Part shown: positions 40,891 through 56,580 of the stretch, one piece after another
Position numbering within the stretch: the stretch's first letter is position 1
Layout: every line of letters starts with the position of its first letter
DNA from: Eledone cirrhosa
Lineage: Eukaryota
NCBI GenBank assembly: GCA_964016885.1
Contig: OZ024745.1
Span: forward strand, 26,598,001 to 26,662,000
Direction: 5' to 3'
DNA length: 64,000 nucleotides
Position numbers and translations under genes: made by a program
The notes under the pieces: generated by a model
The model's database searches: none
Told to the model about the DNA's origin: nothing
Seen by the model: only the letters and a program-made list of their open reading frames with translations

Positions 40891-42099
40891 GTATAAGACA
40901 GACACGTCCAACTTTCACATAATTCTCAAGATTTAGAGGGACACAGTTTGTGACAATATTGGTCTTTTGAATTTTAATAAAGCTCATTTTTACCTACTAT
41001 GTGTGCTGGAGCAACGTGACATAATATATCTGGAAATCGAATTCATGCCGCTGCGAATAGGAATCGAACTCACATCCTTACGATTGAGAGCCTTCTACAC
41101 GAAGCACAAAGCAGCATCCCTTCAGTTTTCACTTAAATAATTGCATGATAAATAATCTCGAGCAGAAATGAGATCCGTCATGTGGACATGAAAGCCGCCG
41201 AGCCTTGGCCTTCGATCTTGGGAAATATTATTCCCGACCTAACACATCATAGCACCATTAAATTTGTACCTAGCAAAAACCGCCACTGTGTGTTATCATA
41301 TTATATCTTTACTTGAAGGATTCAATTATGCTATAGGGAACAGGCTGCGATGTTTTCGCTAACACCTTCAACAAGATATTTAACTGTGTTAGTAGGTTAA
41401 TGGGATTGATATTGTATATATATATTTCGTTTGCTCGTGTCGTACCTTAGTAATGGGGCCATTTAACAGATCGAATAACTGAAAATGTTTCTGTTTAGCT
41501 GTCAGTTGCAGTAACCAATCATATGAGGTAAGGAGCAAAAATTTCTCGTATATACGAATGTAATTTGTTATTTTCGCAGCTCCTCTTATAGCTAGCATAT
41601 ACCTATATGTTCAGAGAGAGAGAGGGGGGGGGGATATCCATACAAGTTTGAAAAGACAATAGATGTCGCTTCCAGATTCGTTACAATTGACTTCTTTCTG
41701 CTTTCCATACTCGCCACAAGGTGTTATGAAGATTCTTCAACATATAGATAAAAATCTGAACCCATCTAACAGAAACTGTATAGCAGATTTCCTAACATAT
41801 CACAAACTTAGATGTATTTAAATTCACATTCCAGATTACTTATTAGCTCTCTGCTAGCCGGATTCTATTCCAATTATAAGCATCGTATGTAATATGGCTT
41901 TTTTAAACCCCCAATTATTTATGCACATGTAACTAATTTAAGAGTTACATACGACGCATAAATCTTAGATAACCGGCTCTGATTAGAACATCACTAAACT
42001 CCAACTCTATAAATAAGCAAATAACATAAAGTACATTTTGTCCGTTAAAGGGTCGGAGAATGTTTCTTAGTACTTAATAGCTGTTCTTTTCGTTCTGAG

Positions 42100-42255
42100 A
42101 CGGCGAATTGGCAGAACCGTTAGAACGACGGATAGACTGCTTTGTGGTATTCATTCCGACTCTCTACTCTCTGATTTCAAATCCCGCCAAGATTAACTTT
42201 GCCTTTTATCCACTCGAGGTCGATAAAAAAATGTACCAGTCAAGTACTGGGTTCA
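42100..42255 (+). mobile_element. Old diverged CORE-type SINE
   Basis: ggcgaattggcagaaccgttaga..ttcaaatcccgcc..ttaactttgccttttatcc..gtcgataaaa. Confidence 0.75.
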
Positions 42256-44580
42256 ATTCTACCTCTATATCTCTTTCTCACTTCCTTTTTCTCACTATTG
42301 TTCTCTGGAGGAAATCTGCTATATTCAGACATGGATATATGCCCTAGAAACGCCCTATATCAATTTGGCGCCCCTACGACTTGCTCAAGAGTTACGGGAC
42401 TTTGCTTGATTGCTTGCTTTTCATTCTGAGAGCATCTCATGACGTTAACAAAATACCAGCAGAGTACCAGCTACATGCTGAGGTCGATTTCATCGACAAA
42501 CCATCCCTCTTATATCTGGTACTGCGTATATATTAGAAATGTCTATATCCCACTCACAAATTAAACATATCGAAATATAATTAAATAATTAAATGACACA
42601 TTATAAATCGGATAATCTATCATGGAATGACTTTGATCCATTTTTTGTTTAACTTTCAAGATCACTTGACCCTCTCCGAACAATAAAATTTAAAAAAATA
42701 ACGGAGTAACAGACTATATTCATTTAAATAAATGTCAACAGCAACCACTGTGGGCGAAAATATTTCCAGATTCCTAGAATGCTTATTTACATCAGTAGAT
42801 TCTGATTTCAACACTAAATAAAAATAATAAAAGTTAGTAAAATCCAGATTTTGTAGATTAAACTGCACTGCACAAATTGTTTGTGACTAAATAATAGTTG
42901 GACGAGAGAGAAAGGGTCTGCGATTAAAAATAATACAAATGTTTTGAGGAAGAGAGGGATTGTTTGTCACTGCTTTATCTTAAAATCAAGTGGTTGTGTA
43001 TATTTTTTCTTAGACTTGCAGTAACATGATAAGGCTTTGAGCAATGCTAAAACATTTGGACCTCACTTGGCTAGGAGAAATGTTCTGTTTTTGTAACATA
43101 AGCATATGCATTAAGCAAAAGGATAAATGCATATACATATAGAATACACATACTCACACAAACACAACCACGTAGCAATACAAAACATATAAACACGAAT
43201 AGATATTTATATGCACTTGTATGTATGTATATATGTATGTATATAAGTATGTATGTATATGTGTATGTATATATGTATGCATATAAGTATGTATGTATGT
43301 ATATATATGTATGTATATATGTATGTATGCGTATGCATGAATCCGTTTGTATGTATATAAAATGTCTTAATTTTGTTGAGTCTGCGTACGTGAGTGTGAG
43401 TGAATGTTTTACATATATAAACGTGTAAACACATGTATATATAATTCTTTACAAAACTTGCGTTGGGGAATAAAACCCTCAGCAGCTATCAACTGAAGAT
43501 CATAAAGATTTCGGCTGTCTAATAGTGTTTGGATTTCTTTAGATACAAGTAACATTATGTTTTTTTTATTATTCTTTTATCCGCTATGTTATCACACCAA
43601 ACCTATTGTAGCTGGAACAATTCAATCCTTGTGGCATATATTTCGTTTTACAACTTATTCAGATTCATCATTTGCCTTCGCTCTCAGATATGATCTATCT
43701 TTCACATGTCTGACCATATCTATAATATAGGGCTGTTTACTTCCCTCCGCAGTTCAACAGCCGTAGCTTTTCTACCGGTTAAGATATTATTAGTATTGGT
43801 AAAACTCCTAGCATCTAACTGCCAATAGTATTACAGTATACTACGTTGTTTATGTCCCACACCATAGTCGTAACTTCTGTATAATTAAAAGCATACTTTT
43901 AATATTCTAATCCATATTGCTTTCACATCACATGTTGCAAAATATTTGGTTTTTAAAGAAGTGTAGGAGAACAAAAATTATAAAGAGAAAAAATACTAAT
44001 CGTTGGCTGTCGTATGAAAATTGAAATCATTTGAACTGAAACGATGCCCTAAGGTTACCAGACTGTCGCTTCAGCGTCCCTTCATCCTAACTCAAGTAGC
44101 CAGAATTAACATGTGACAGAATCTTCAAATGGTTGGTTGACTGTTTGATTCTACTATCTCAGAAGTAAATTACTTAAAAATGGGAAGTTCTTTGCAGTTT
44201 GACATTCAACCTGTTCTGATTGGGGCACGACTAACGGAGAAAAATGACGTATATATTCTCAGCTCTCCAACCCTCTTGGTAGATACAGGAGAGTACCTGA
44301 AGACCAAGTATGCTGAAATGACGATGATGACGTAGAAATTGTCCTTCATTAAGGCACACCCGGTGCCTTTCCTTCTAAGGAACTGATTTGCAATCCCTAA
44401 ATTCATCAAATTGCATGTAGTTGATGTTTCAACAAAACAAGGGGCGGTATAAAAATAACTCCGATTCTTCACAGATTTGGTTTCATTTAATCGACTGACT
44501 TGCGGCCCTACTGGCGAACCATCTTCAAGAATTACGGATACCATTTCAAGACCGGTCATAATTTCAATCTATTTTTTATT

Positions 44581-44762
44581 TGGATTGGCAGTATCGGCAG
44601 AGGGTCGGACACCATGCTTTGGAGCATAGTTACCTCCCTTTATGATCTGAGTTCAAATCACGCCGAGGTTAACTTTGCCTTTCATCCTTACGGGGTCGAT
44701 AAAATAAAGTACCAGTAATGTACTGGTTAATTGCTGGCCATGTGCCAAAAGTAGAAACAATT
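44581..44762 (+). mobile_element. CORE-type SINE
   Basis: Family match. Confidence 0.9.
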
Positions 44763-44933
44763 ATTTATTATCTATCTCTATTTGCCATTACAATGTTAGG
44801 GACAAAAGCATAAACACACAAACACACACAGATTACACAAAGTGAGTTGTAAAGGTTATTTGCCAAGGAATTGTCCACTAATCTATCTCTGCCCTGAGTA
44901 ACGTCGGGTGCTACTTTTTGTATACACATTTAT

Positions 44934-45014
<81 letters not shown>

Positions 45015-45248
45015 TATATATATATGTATATATATGCACACATGTCTATGAGTTTATCAGCTCTCTCGTTTATTGTTCAACGCTTAGAATGTCTAGCAGG
45101 ATATAGATACGTGGCGTATATGTGACTTCCCATGTTTATTTGATATATACATACATGCATATGTATATATTTATGTATGCATATATGAATATATATATAA
45201 ATGTATGTATGTATTTATGTGTGTGTATATATATATATATATATATAC

Positions 45249-45330
<82 letters not shown>

Positions 45331-45470
45331 GATTATCAATGCACTGTCGTATCTACTGATATCTAGTGAGATATATCAATAACCTCAATTGCTGATTTAT
45401 TCATGTGCATTTATATATATATATATATGTAAACGAAACTTCATCGTTTGTCTTATATACGTACATACAT

Positions 45471-45589
<119 letters not shown>

Positions 45590-45627
45590 AACGAAACTGC
45601 GTCGTTCTTCTTATATATAGATTAAAC

Positions 45628-45696
<69 letters not shown>

Positions 45697-45712
45697 GTGT
45701 CTACGTATCTGT

Positions 45713-45762
<50 letters not shown>

Positions 45763-46291
45763 GTGTCTACGTATCTGTGACTCTATATATATATATATAT
45801 ATATATACGTACATTCACGTGTATAAATCTCTACACATTTTCGGCATAACTCTGCGCTGTACACATGTAAAACTGTATTGCTGTTGATAATTATTCAATG
45901 TTGTTGTTGAGATAGAGAAAATGGATTGCTGTTACATATAATAGCCGCTCCACCTTTTCTATGTTTACTGTAGTCTACATATAAAACACCCATTACTCCC
46001 AGCTGGCTATTCCCTTCCGAAATCATTTCGGTGTTCTTTATTTTTTAATGTGATATCCTCTACATTCCATGTTCACTATGTTTCTTATTGGTTTTATTGC
46101 ATTTTATCATGTTGTTTGTTATTAATTTAGAATTTATATTATTAGTAGTATTATCATGTTGGGCAAGTCATAATGCCACTTCAAGCGTTTCAATAAATTT
46201 CGTATTCAATTTGAGAAAGTAAGTAACCAGTACAACTTATGCCTATGTGTATATATATGTATATATATGTATATATATATGTATATATATG

Positions 46292-46340
<49 letters not shown>

Positions 46341-46359
46341 TTATATTTATATATATATA

Positions 46360-46414
<55 letters not shown>

Positions 46415-46421
46415 ATATGTA

Positions 46422-46517
<96 letters not shown>

Positions 46518-46577
46518 TATCCACACACAAACATATATATGTGTTTGTTTGTGTGTGTGTATATATATACATATATG

Positions 46578-46613
<36 letters not shown>

Positions 46614-46621
46614 TATATATT

Positions 46622-46653
<32 letters not shown>

Positions 46654-46769
46654 TGTATATATATATACACACACGCATACACACATATATATATATATGT
46701 TTGTGTGTGGATATATATGTATATATATATATATTTATATATAAATATATAAATATATACATATACATG

Positions 46770-46813
<44 letters not shown>

Positions 46814-46836
46814 TACATATACGTGTATATATATAT

Positions 46837-46911
<75 letters not shown>

Positions 46912-46963
46912 ACTATATATAATATATATATATATTTATATATATATTATTACTATATATATG

Positions 46964-46995
<32 letters not shown>

Positions 46996-47005
46996 TATAT
47001 ATATT

Positions 47006-47038
<33 letters not shown>

Positions 47039-47152
47039 TTATATTTATATATTTATATATATTTATATATATATATATATTTATATATATATTATTACTA
47101 TATATAATATATATATATATTTATATATATATTATTACTATATATATATAAG

Positions 47153-47339
47153 GGCGGTGGATTGGCAGTATCGGTAGAGGGTCGGACGCCATGCTTTCCA
47201 GCATAGTTACGTCCCTTTACGATCTGAGTTCAAATCCCGCCGAGGTTGACTTTGCTTTCATCCTTACGGGGTCGATAAAATAAAGTACCAGTAATGTACT
47301 GGGTAATTTGCTGGCCTTGTGCCTAACGTAGAAACAATT
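47153..47339 (+). mobile_element. CORE-type SINE with TSD (attattactatatatat)
   Basis: Family match. Same subfamily tail (gcctaacgtag) as 28644. Confidence 0.92.
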
Positions 47340-47341
47340 AT

Positions 47342-47371
<30 letters not shown>

Positions 47372-47378
<7 letters not shown>

Positions 47379-47545
47379 CATATAATATAAGATCAAAAGA
47401 TGGTTAAAAGAGTTCCAAGTATTTTATTATGCGCATTTAAAAAAAAATATCATCATGGGATGATATCTGCGTTCTCATCAGATAAAATATTTATATATAT
47501 ATTATTACTATATATATATTATTACTATATATTACTATATATATG

Positions 47546-47576
<31 letters not shown>

Positions 47577-47689
47577 ATTTATATATATATATATATTTAT
47601 ATATTTATATATATTTATATATATATATATATTTATATATATATTATTACTATATATAATATATATATATATATTTATATATATATTAT

Positions 47690-47726
<37 letters not shown>

Positions 47727-47837
47727 CATATAATATAAGATCAAAAGATGGTTAAAAGAGTTCCAAGTATTTTATTATGCGCATTTAAAAAAAAATATCA
47801 TCATGGGATGATATCTGCGTTCTCATCAGATAAAATA
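47372..47837 (-). repeat. Duplicated ~117-bp block (47372-47489 and 47721-47837), each with a degenerate HHR
   Basis: Identical blocks. Minus strand ttttat-CTGATGA-..gatatcatc/gatgatatt..-tAAA-T-GCGC-A-TA-ataaaa, with G12 missing. Confidence 0.65.
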
Positions 47838-47993
47838 GGGAAACATGATATGAAGCTTAAAAAAGACTTGTGAGCAGTGAAATTTTAAATCAACATATTG
47901 CTTTATTGTGCTACAATAAAACTCACCTCCTACATTATATATACATATATATACATATATATCCACACACAAACATATATATATGTGTGTGTA

Positions 47994-48025
<32 letters not shown>

Positions 48026-48051
48026 CATATATGTATATATATACACACACA

Positions 48052-48098
<47 letters not shown>

Positions 48099-49749
48099 GA
48101 AAATATGAAACCTTTATTACTGCAGTAAAGAATCATAAAATGTTTAAATAAAATTTGAAATGTGTGCGTCCCAACGCAAATGATGAAGATAATAGTCGAT
48201 TAGATTACTATAAATAATCTACTCACATTTTTACGTCTCCAGAAGTACTTTACCTTCTTTCTTCAACTAATATTTATAGTTATCGACTATTATGGTCATT
48301 TGCGTCAGCCCGCACACGTTTAAAATGTCAACTTTACCCGTTGCTTCCCAAGTCAACTGTTGTGTTTAATGATAGTTATAAACTCTTCAGAATGTACTCA
48401 TAACAACATTATATGTACATTTGTGTTCATTTGTGTGTATGTGTCCATATTTTTGTGTTATGTGTGCGTATATATGGATGTGTTTGTGTATGTATGACTG
48501 TGCGCCTGTTTGTATATCTGTGTAAGAGACAACCATCTAAGAAAACCCATGTAGTCATATCGACAAAAATAATAAATTATCTTTTACAAATATTTGATAC
48601 GTTTGAAAGTGTATTAAATGTTGGAACTACACGATACTCTACACCAACAATATTCTAGTTCGTGAGCAAGGAGGGAAGCAGTTACGTGTTACTTTCACAG
48701 CTTTAGATTAAGAAATAAGTTCGAGTTAAACAAAGATTAAGAATTTAAACTGAAAACAAATTCATTTCTTGCTTCTTTTTACATTAAAAGTTATCCCTTA
48801 TATGATTAATGTTTTTTAAATTTGTTCTAATTTATTATAAACTTGCACAAAATTATACACAAAACTATATGATATCAGAAGAGATAGTGCTAATACTCAG
48901 ATTACAAATGCTACAAATTATGAGACACATTCATGACTGACCTCTTCTGTTGGTCTCATATTTGTAACACCAAATCAGCAACCATTCCTCTTCAGCGCCA
49001 GGAAATATTTCAGCTCTGGTCGGTTACTGACATTTAACAAAGCTCTAGTAAGAGCCATTATAATTTTCTCACATCTGGAAATATGTTACTGATAAAGACC
49101 AACACCCTAAAGCTCGTAAAAAAGCCATCACTGACACCAACGCAATCCAACATTTAGTCCATGAAGCATTGTGTTTTCTACTGTATCTACAAAGATTTCT
49201 GCTCCCCGGGACTTAGCCAACAGCACAATTCCTCTTAACCTCAATAAATATATTTATCTTCCAATAGTCACTAATCAACCTTTATTCACAGTCATTACTT
49301 ATCAGAACGTCAGCCCTTCTGAAATTCTTTCCGTCCACATTTTTTCTGCAAGTGTTTATTTCTATCTGTCCCAGCTGGGCCTAAGCTGTATCACTCTCGC
49401 CAGTGTTGAGAGATCGACAAAGATGATTAGAGCAGCCCATTACTCTTGTTTAATTGGATTCGAAAACAATAGATTAGCAAAAATGGTAGATCAGTGAAGC
49501 ATACATATATTAATGTCATCCTTCTATGTTCTACGTGTAACTCCAACATAGATCAATTGTACTATAGGTTTAGGCAAGTATTAACATAGACAAACGAACA
49601 AAGGAACAATTACACAGTTGCTTGACCTGTTAAAAAGAGCAAGCACATTAAGGGAGAGGGAAACGTTGGAGGATGCAGGTGGTGCTATTAAACAAGACAT
49701 GGCCTGTGACAATACTGGCAGAAACCTATCAAAGTTATCAAAGTTATGC

Positions 49750-49785
<36 letters not shown>

Positions 49786-49789
49786 GAAG

Positions 49790-50768
49790 TATTCCCGTAG
49801 GAAAGGTAAAGGAAGGAAGAGTGCTCTATGTATGGTACAGAGCTATTTAATGTGTTGTCACATAGTGTATAGTCGTATGGTATTGATGAGTTAATATCTG
49901 TATACAACAACTACAACGGTACGCGATGGGTCCCACCCACAGCCCCGGCGGACAGAATGGAGAAGGCGTTTTCGTGGAGGACGGCAAGGGGGACGCGCTG
50001 GAAAAGCCACTCCAACTCGCGGGGCTCACACCTGCGGCTGAGTAAGGAGGTAGCCGTGGGGCCGAGGACACCAAAAGTCTCCACTGCCAGGGGTACGACA
50101 GCAAACCTGTCGGAGAGCAACCGGTATTTGAGGAGTTTGGTCCCCTCAGCCCAACGTGCAGCAGAACCTGGGTCAGTCGCAGACTGCACCAGGTTGCCGC
50201 TGCAGAAAGTGTCGGTGCAAGTGGCATCCCAGACGAGGAGTTAGCAACTGCGGAACGGGGAGATGGTCATGCTATCTGGCCTTTTGCCGTCCCTTCGATC
50301 TAGCCCCACCGTCTCGAGCTGGAAAGGGAAGCCTGCAGCGTCCAAGCCATGCTTTATGACCTTGTTGAGGGCAGCATGGCGTGGAATGCGGCCGGCACTG
50401 TGGCGACATGAAAGCGGGTGGAAGCCGAAAGAGTCCATGGTGGAACCGCAGCGACATTGGTGTGGCTGGCAGATCCGGAGGCCAAGCCTCAGGGAAACGC
50501 CGATGCGTAGGCTATGGTTGTCTAGCTGCGTGCCAGTGGAGAAGGAGGGCAAGGCAGGGAGCCAGGCATCATAGTGGAGTTTGGAGGCCGCACGAAAACA
50601 AGCAAGGCGGTGCTGGTCGAGCTTGCGCGTGAGCGTGTCTGAGGCCAGGCTGCACAGGATGGCATCCCAAGTGCGTTGGGGGAACTTGACGTCAACAGGG
50701 GGAGAAGGAGGGACGTCTACAGAGCTAAGTCCCAGCCGGCCCCAGGTCTCACATGCGGCCTCACGTTC
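49790..50768 (-). mobile_element. 3' part of a CRE-like non-LTR retrotransposon (CCHC knuckle plus restriction-like endonuclease), frameshifted
   Basis: GC-rich island. CRCG..H..SC, PRHAALN, DGKRPD, VWDAT, K..KY, VPLAVETFG and WLFQRV. Confidence 0.85.
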
Positions 50769-50828
50769 TCTATTTAATTATGTAATAAACAACACAATAA
50801 ATGGAATAATTGTATTGTCTTTATTATA

Positions 50829-50922
<94 letters not shown>

Positions 50923-51072
50923 CAACACACCTTGAAAGCATGAGTGGGTATATCCACTTTCAATTGTATCTTATTATATTTGTTGGGCATTAACAAGGCT
51001 GGCTTCAAGCAGGAATTGAAATCAACTCGTAAACTTAACAATTGCTCAGCAATGTTTACTATATTTAGGTTT

Positions 51073-51249
51073 AGCGGTGGATTGGCAGTATCGGTAGAGG
51101 GTCGGGCGCAATGCTTTGCAGCAAAGAGTTACGGCCCTTTATGATCTGAGTTCAAATCCCGCCGAGGTTAACTTTGCCTTTCTTATGGGACCGATAAAAT
51201 AAAGTACCCTGGGATAATTTCTGTCCTTGTGCCAAAAGTAGAAACAATT
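51073..51249 (+). mobile_element. CORE-type SINE with small internal deletions
   Basis: Family match. Confidence 0.88.
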
Positions 51250-51335
51250 ATAAACCAGTAGTTATAAAACTGAGTTTAATTACATAGAGGCGTTATTCGT
51301 GTATATATATATATATGTGTATGTGTGTGTGTGTG

Positions 51336-51400
<65 letters not shown>

Positions 51401-51674
51401 ATATATGTATACATATATATATGTGTGTGTGTGTGTATATATATATATATAGTCACATATACAACACACCTTGTGGTAACTAAACGACACTAGCTTAATT
51501 ATTCCAATTATTTTAATTATTTTAGTAAATACGGAGGACAAACCCAGACATGTTTCGTTCCTTTTATTCGATTTCATTATGCCTGTAATGTAGTATTGAG
51601 AACATCACCAAATAAATATAGAATATTGTACTTGTGTAGGCGTTAAAAAGTAGAATATCTTCTATCTTCTATCT

Positions 51675-52014
51675 TCTATATATATAAAAGCGAGGATGTG
51701 TGTGTGTCTGTGTACAACTTTGGATACCTAAGGCTTTTACAACTGCCAACCGAATTTGACCAAAATTTCTGTACACGTTGCACAGGTCGCTAAGATAGTC
51801 ACATCACAAAATTTGTCAAATCGACCCACGTTGAGCAATAAAAAAAATCGATATCAAAATTATCGCAAAATTGTTCTAAGGGAGATAACCAACTTTATTG
51901 TCAGAAATATTAACATTAGATTTATTTGAAGATAAATCACTAATATTATCGTTTGTTTCTTGTTTATTCTTTGTTGCATTTCAAACCCCGAGTAACGCCG
52001 GGTAAATCTGCTAG
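51675..52014 (+). mobile_element. Non-autonomous Helitron
   Basis: 5' TC(tatatatataaaag), subterminal hairpin cccg-agtaacgc-cggg, and 3' CTAG followed by T. Confidence 0.78.
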
Positions 52015-52483
52015 TTATAAATATAAACCATTCAGGTTATTATGACTTGACGAATATAGAGATCGGGTACTATGGCAGACGTGAGTTTTCTTAAATGCAT
52101 TGGTGGTATAACAAAAGGAACAAATATCTTGAAGCAAGAGGTAAAGTTATGTGGAGGTTTAGGCATGCCGGATACCGAAGTTTTGCTCTAGGTCATTCTT
52201 TATATTCACCTCTACCTTAATAGAAGCAGTTATAATATTAATTTACACAGCAAACGAAAAACAGAACGAAACATTCCAGAGAGAGAAACAAAGAGTGAGG
52301 GAGAGGGAAAGGTGGACGGAGAAAAAAGGAGGCTAAGAGAGGGGGGCTGTAAGAAAGGGAAGAACGAGAAGGAAATGGAATGAAAGAGGTAGAGAAAGAG
52401 AGAGAATGTGGAAAATACAAACGACGGAGAAACTTTCAGAATTAAATAATACAAGCTACAAATTAAGTGAAATGAAGAACACC

Positions 52484-52541
<58 letters not shown>

Positions 52542-52595
52542 GATATACATATATATATAATGTATAATATATATATATAATGTATTATATATATA

Positions 52596-52675
<80 letters not shown>

Positions 52676-52720
52676 CATTATATATATATATTATACATTA
52701 TATATATATGTATATATAAT

Positions 52721-52906
52721 GGTGGGGGATTGCCAGTATCAGTAGAAGGTCGGACGCCATGCTTTGCAGCATAGAGTTACGCCCCTTTATGGTGTCAGTT
52801 CAAATCTCGCCGAGGTCCACTTTGCCTTTCATCCTTACGGGGTCGATAAAATAAAGTACCAGTAATGTACTGGGGTAATTGCTGGCTTTGTACCAATAGT
52901 AGAAAC

Positions 52907-52910
<4 letters not shown>
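52721..52910 (+). mobile_element. CORE-type SINE
   Basis: Family match. Confidence 0.88.
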
Positions 52911-52976
<66 letters not shown>

Positions 52977-53309
52977 GTATGTGTCTATATGTATGTGTGT
53001 TTGTGTCAGTATCTGTGTGAGTATGTGCATACATATTAATATGCAAGCATGTATGTGTAAATGTGCGTATGTGTGAATGTATGAATGGCTAAAGAAATGA
53101 ATAAGAACCAGAATCTGAAAAAGGAAGAGCAAGTTTATGAAAAAAATGTATGGTTGACAGTCGTGTTGTTCAATGGTTGTCATAGAATAATGAAAATAAT
53201 AACCCACCTCCCGTCTAAAGACGATTTTATACAGTTTCGGGTTACAAAACTACCAAATTTCATCACACGAGCGAAATGATTTATGACAGTTCGCCTTTCA
53301 ACCTCACCT

Positions 53310-53424
<115 letters not shown>

Positions 53425-53679
53425 CCTACACACGTATGTAAAGACATACCATTGGATACGCACAACATGGTAATACATGCACATTATTACAAGCACAAAT
53501 GGCAACAACTGGCTTTGGATATTGAAGTCGTCTAAATAATGTAAGATGGTTCTTAACGGAAAAACACTCATAGAATTTTCTACATTACAATACTCAACAT
53601 AGTCCATTATACACTCATACTCATATGCATGAGGCACCCCTACACACACAGTCACATGCACACACAAAGAAACAAATAC

Positions 53680-53902
53680 TTACGAAAGTTCATAAGCTGA
53701 ATATGAAGGATTGGTGTTAGAGCTGTGAAATCTTGCATGCTTGAATTTCAACTCTTATTAATAACTGCCTTGTTTCTTTCCAGGAGAATATGTTGAAAAA
53801 GAAAAATATTCCTTTAGTCATTACATGGGAGTCTCTTGGTCAGCTTATGATCCTTTGATCCTATGATCATTTCATCCTATGAAGGTTTCAGTCGACCCTC
53901 AT
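53680..53902 (+). mobile_element. Mariner-type MITE copy
   Basis: Body shared with 28905 and 32747. Right end tttcagtcgaccctc. Confidence 0.65.
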
Positions 53903-54046
53903 TCATATACTCACATCATCGATATTGAGTTGCAAACTTCGATCTTTGAGACATCGTCTTGAAACTGTGACGTCCCGCATGTATGATAATGTATATTTGT
54001 CGGTTTCAACGAGGGGTAAAAGAAAGAGAAAGAGAGAGAGAGAGAG

Positions 54047-54323
54047 ATTTGAACTCAGACCGTTAAGGGGCGTAACTCTATACTGCAAAGGTTGGCGTCC
54101 GACCTTCTACCGATAGTGTCAATCCATATACAAATAATAGTTTCTACGTTTGGTACAAGGCCAGCAATTATCCCAGTGTATTACTGGTACTTTATTTTAT
54201 CGACTCCGTAAGGATGAAAGGTAAAGTTAAACTCGGCGGGATTTGAACTCAGAATAGCAAGGGCCGTAACTCTATGCGTCAAAGCATGGCGTCCGACCCT
54301 CTACCGATACTGCCAATCCACCA
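54047..54323 (-). mobile_element. Two adjacent CORE-type SINEs: partial head 54047-54126 and full copy 54136-54323
   Basis: Reverse complement of the family sequence. Confidence 0.88.
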
Positions 54324-54449
54324 TAATACACACATGACAGTAAATTGTAGAAATAGTGTCACTTTCATATATATAATCACATGATTGATTATAATTATTT
54401 GCATAGTAGTAAATGTCATATCACAAAATACTAGACACGTACACACAGC

Positions 54450-54506
<57 letters not shown>

Positions 54507-54939
54507 ACGCACACACAAACACACGCTGTCATACACACACGCGCGCACAGGAACACACACACATACACACAAACACATACACACAAACATACACACACAC
54601 ACACAAACATACATACGCATATACACGTGTACACACACAGACAAACACATGCTCACATGCACACACAAACACAGACACACGCACACATACATACATACAC
54701 AAATACATACATACACACATACATAAATACACGCATACACGCGAACACACACACACACATGCAAACACACGAACACACACACTCATATACAGACACACAT
54801 ACATACACACACACGCACACAGGCACACCCACACATACATACATATACGTACACATACATACATACATACACATATACACGCGTACACACACAAACATAC
54901 GCTCATTCACACACAGACGCACACAAGCACACAAACACA

Positions 54940-55450
54940 CAAACACACGCTCTCATAAGCTCACAGACGCACACACACACACACATACATACATATACAT
55001 ACACACACATACATACATACACATATACACGCGTACACATACACACATACGCTCACTCACGCACACACACAAACACACGCTCTCATAAACACACAGACGC
55101 ACACACACACACAGAAACACACGCTCTCATACCAACACACAGACGCACACAAGCACACACACACAAACACACGCTCTCATAAGAACACAGACGCACACAA
55201 GCACACAAACACACAAACACACGCTCTCATAAGCACACAGACGAACACAAGCACACAAACACAAACACACGCTCTCATAAACACACAGACGCACACACAC
55301 ACACAGAAACACACGCTCTCATACCAACACACAGACGCACACAAGCACACACACACAAACACACGCTCTCATAAGCACACAGACGCACACAAGCACACAA
55401 ACACACAAACACACGCTCTCATAAGCACACAGACGAACACAAGCACACAC
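54940..55450. repeat. CA-derived minisatellite, ~40-45 bp unit (acacacgctctcataagcacacagacgcacacaagc)
   Basis: About 10 recurrences of gctctcata. Confidence 0.85.
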
Positions 55451-55690
55451 ACACATACATACATATACATACACATAAACACGCGTACACACACACATAA
55501 ACAGAAATATATGCTCTCGGACATCCTACTGGTGGCCTGGAAATTCACCGCATAGAGAACTACTTCTTGTCAGTCGGAGTCACACAAGCGACATCAAGGA
55601 AGTAGTCCGAGATATTGACATTATTCTCTTTATATGTGTCTGTCTATACATAAACATTTATCTTCACTCACTCTCGCCCCCTATCTCTCC

Positions 55691-55771
<81 letters not shown>

Positions 55772-55791
55772 CATATGTGTATATATATACA

Positions 55792-55829
<38 letters not shown>

Positions 55830-55849
55830 CATATGTGTATATATATACA

Positions 55850-55898
<49 letters not shown>

Positions 55899-55947
55899 AT
55901 ACATATATGTATATAAATACATACATATATATATACATATATATATG

Positions 55948-56042
<95 letters not shown>

Positions 56043-56239
56043 CACAAATGTATGTATATATATATGTATGTATGTATTTATATACACATATGTATGTATA
56101 TATATATATATATAAATATATATATATATAAATATGTATATATATACACATATATATATATATGCGTATATATGCAAGTATTATATAAATATATGTGTGT
56201 GTGTGTGTGTATACACACACACACTCACACACACACACA

Positions 56240-56269
<30 letters not shown>

Positions 56270-56270
<1 letters not shown>

Positions 56271-56580
56271 AATAGAAATATACACGGGTGTGTATGATTG
56301 TGTATAGAAGATTATATTAATAAAAGGAATTCCAACATTGTCTGATTTACTCGTTTTATTTACAATCCTTTAAAATTTCTAATGGTATTAGAATGAAATA
56401 GTATGGTGGAATATTAAATGTTAAGTGTTAATTGAACAAGTACTTTCATGCTTTCGCAATCTTCAGGTTCTTATTGTGTGGTGACAGTCAATTTTGTAAT
56501 TCTAATACCACTAGAAATGTTAAAGGATTGTAAATAAAACGAGTAAATCAGACAAAGTTGGAATTCCTTTTATTAATATA
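56270..56580 (-). mobile_element. HHR element with ~80-bp inverted arms (56314-56394 / 56499-56580) abutting (TA)n
   Basis: tatattaataaaaggaattccaac..tggtattagaat is mirrored, with an HHR between the arms. Confidence 0.8.
56434..56470 (-). ncRNA. Minimal type-I hammerhead ribozyme
   Basis: gaac-CTGAAGA-t-tgc-gaaa-gca-t-GAAA-GTAC-TT-gttc. Palindromic loop III and GNRA-capped stem II. Confidence 0.82.

Noticed and set aside
44206-44559. 117-aa non-repetitive ORF as a host exon
   Set aside because: No recognisable domain or convincing splice sites.
49580-49750. Short open frame LLDLLKRASTLRERETLE as a host exon
   Set aside because: No recognisable homology, and it runs into a (TA)n tract.
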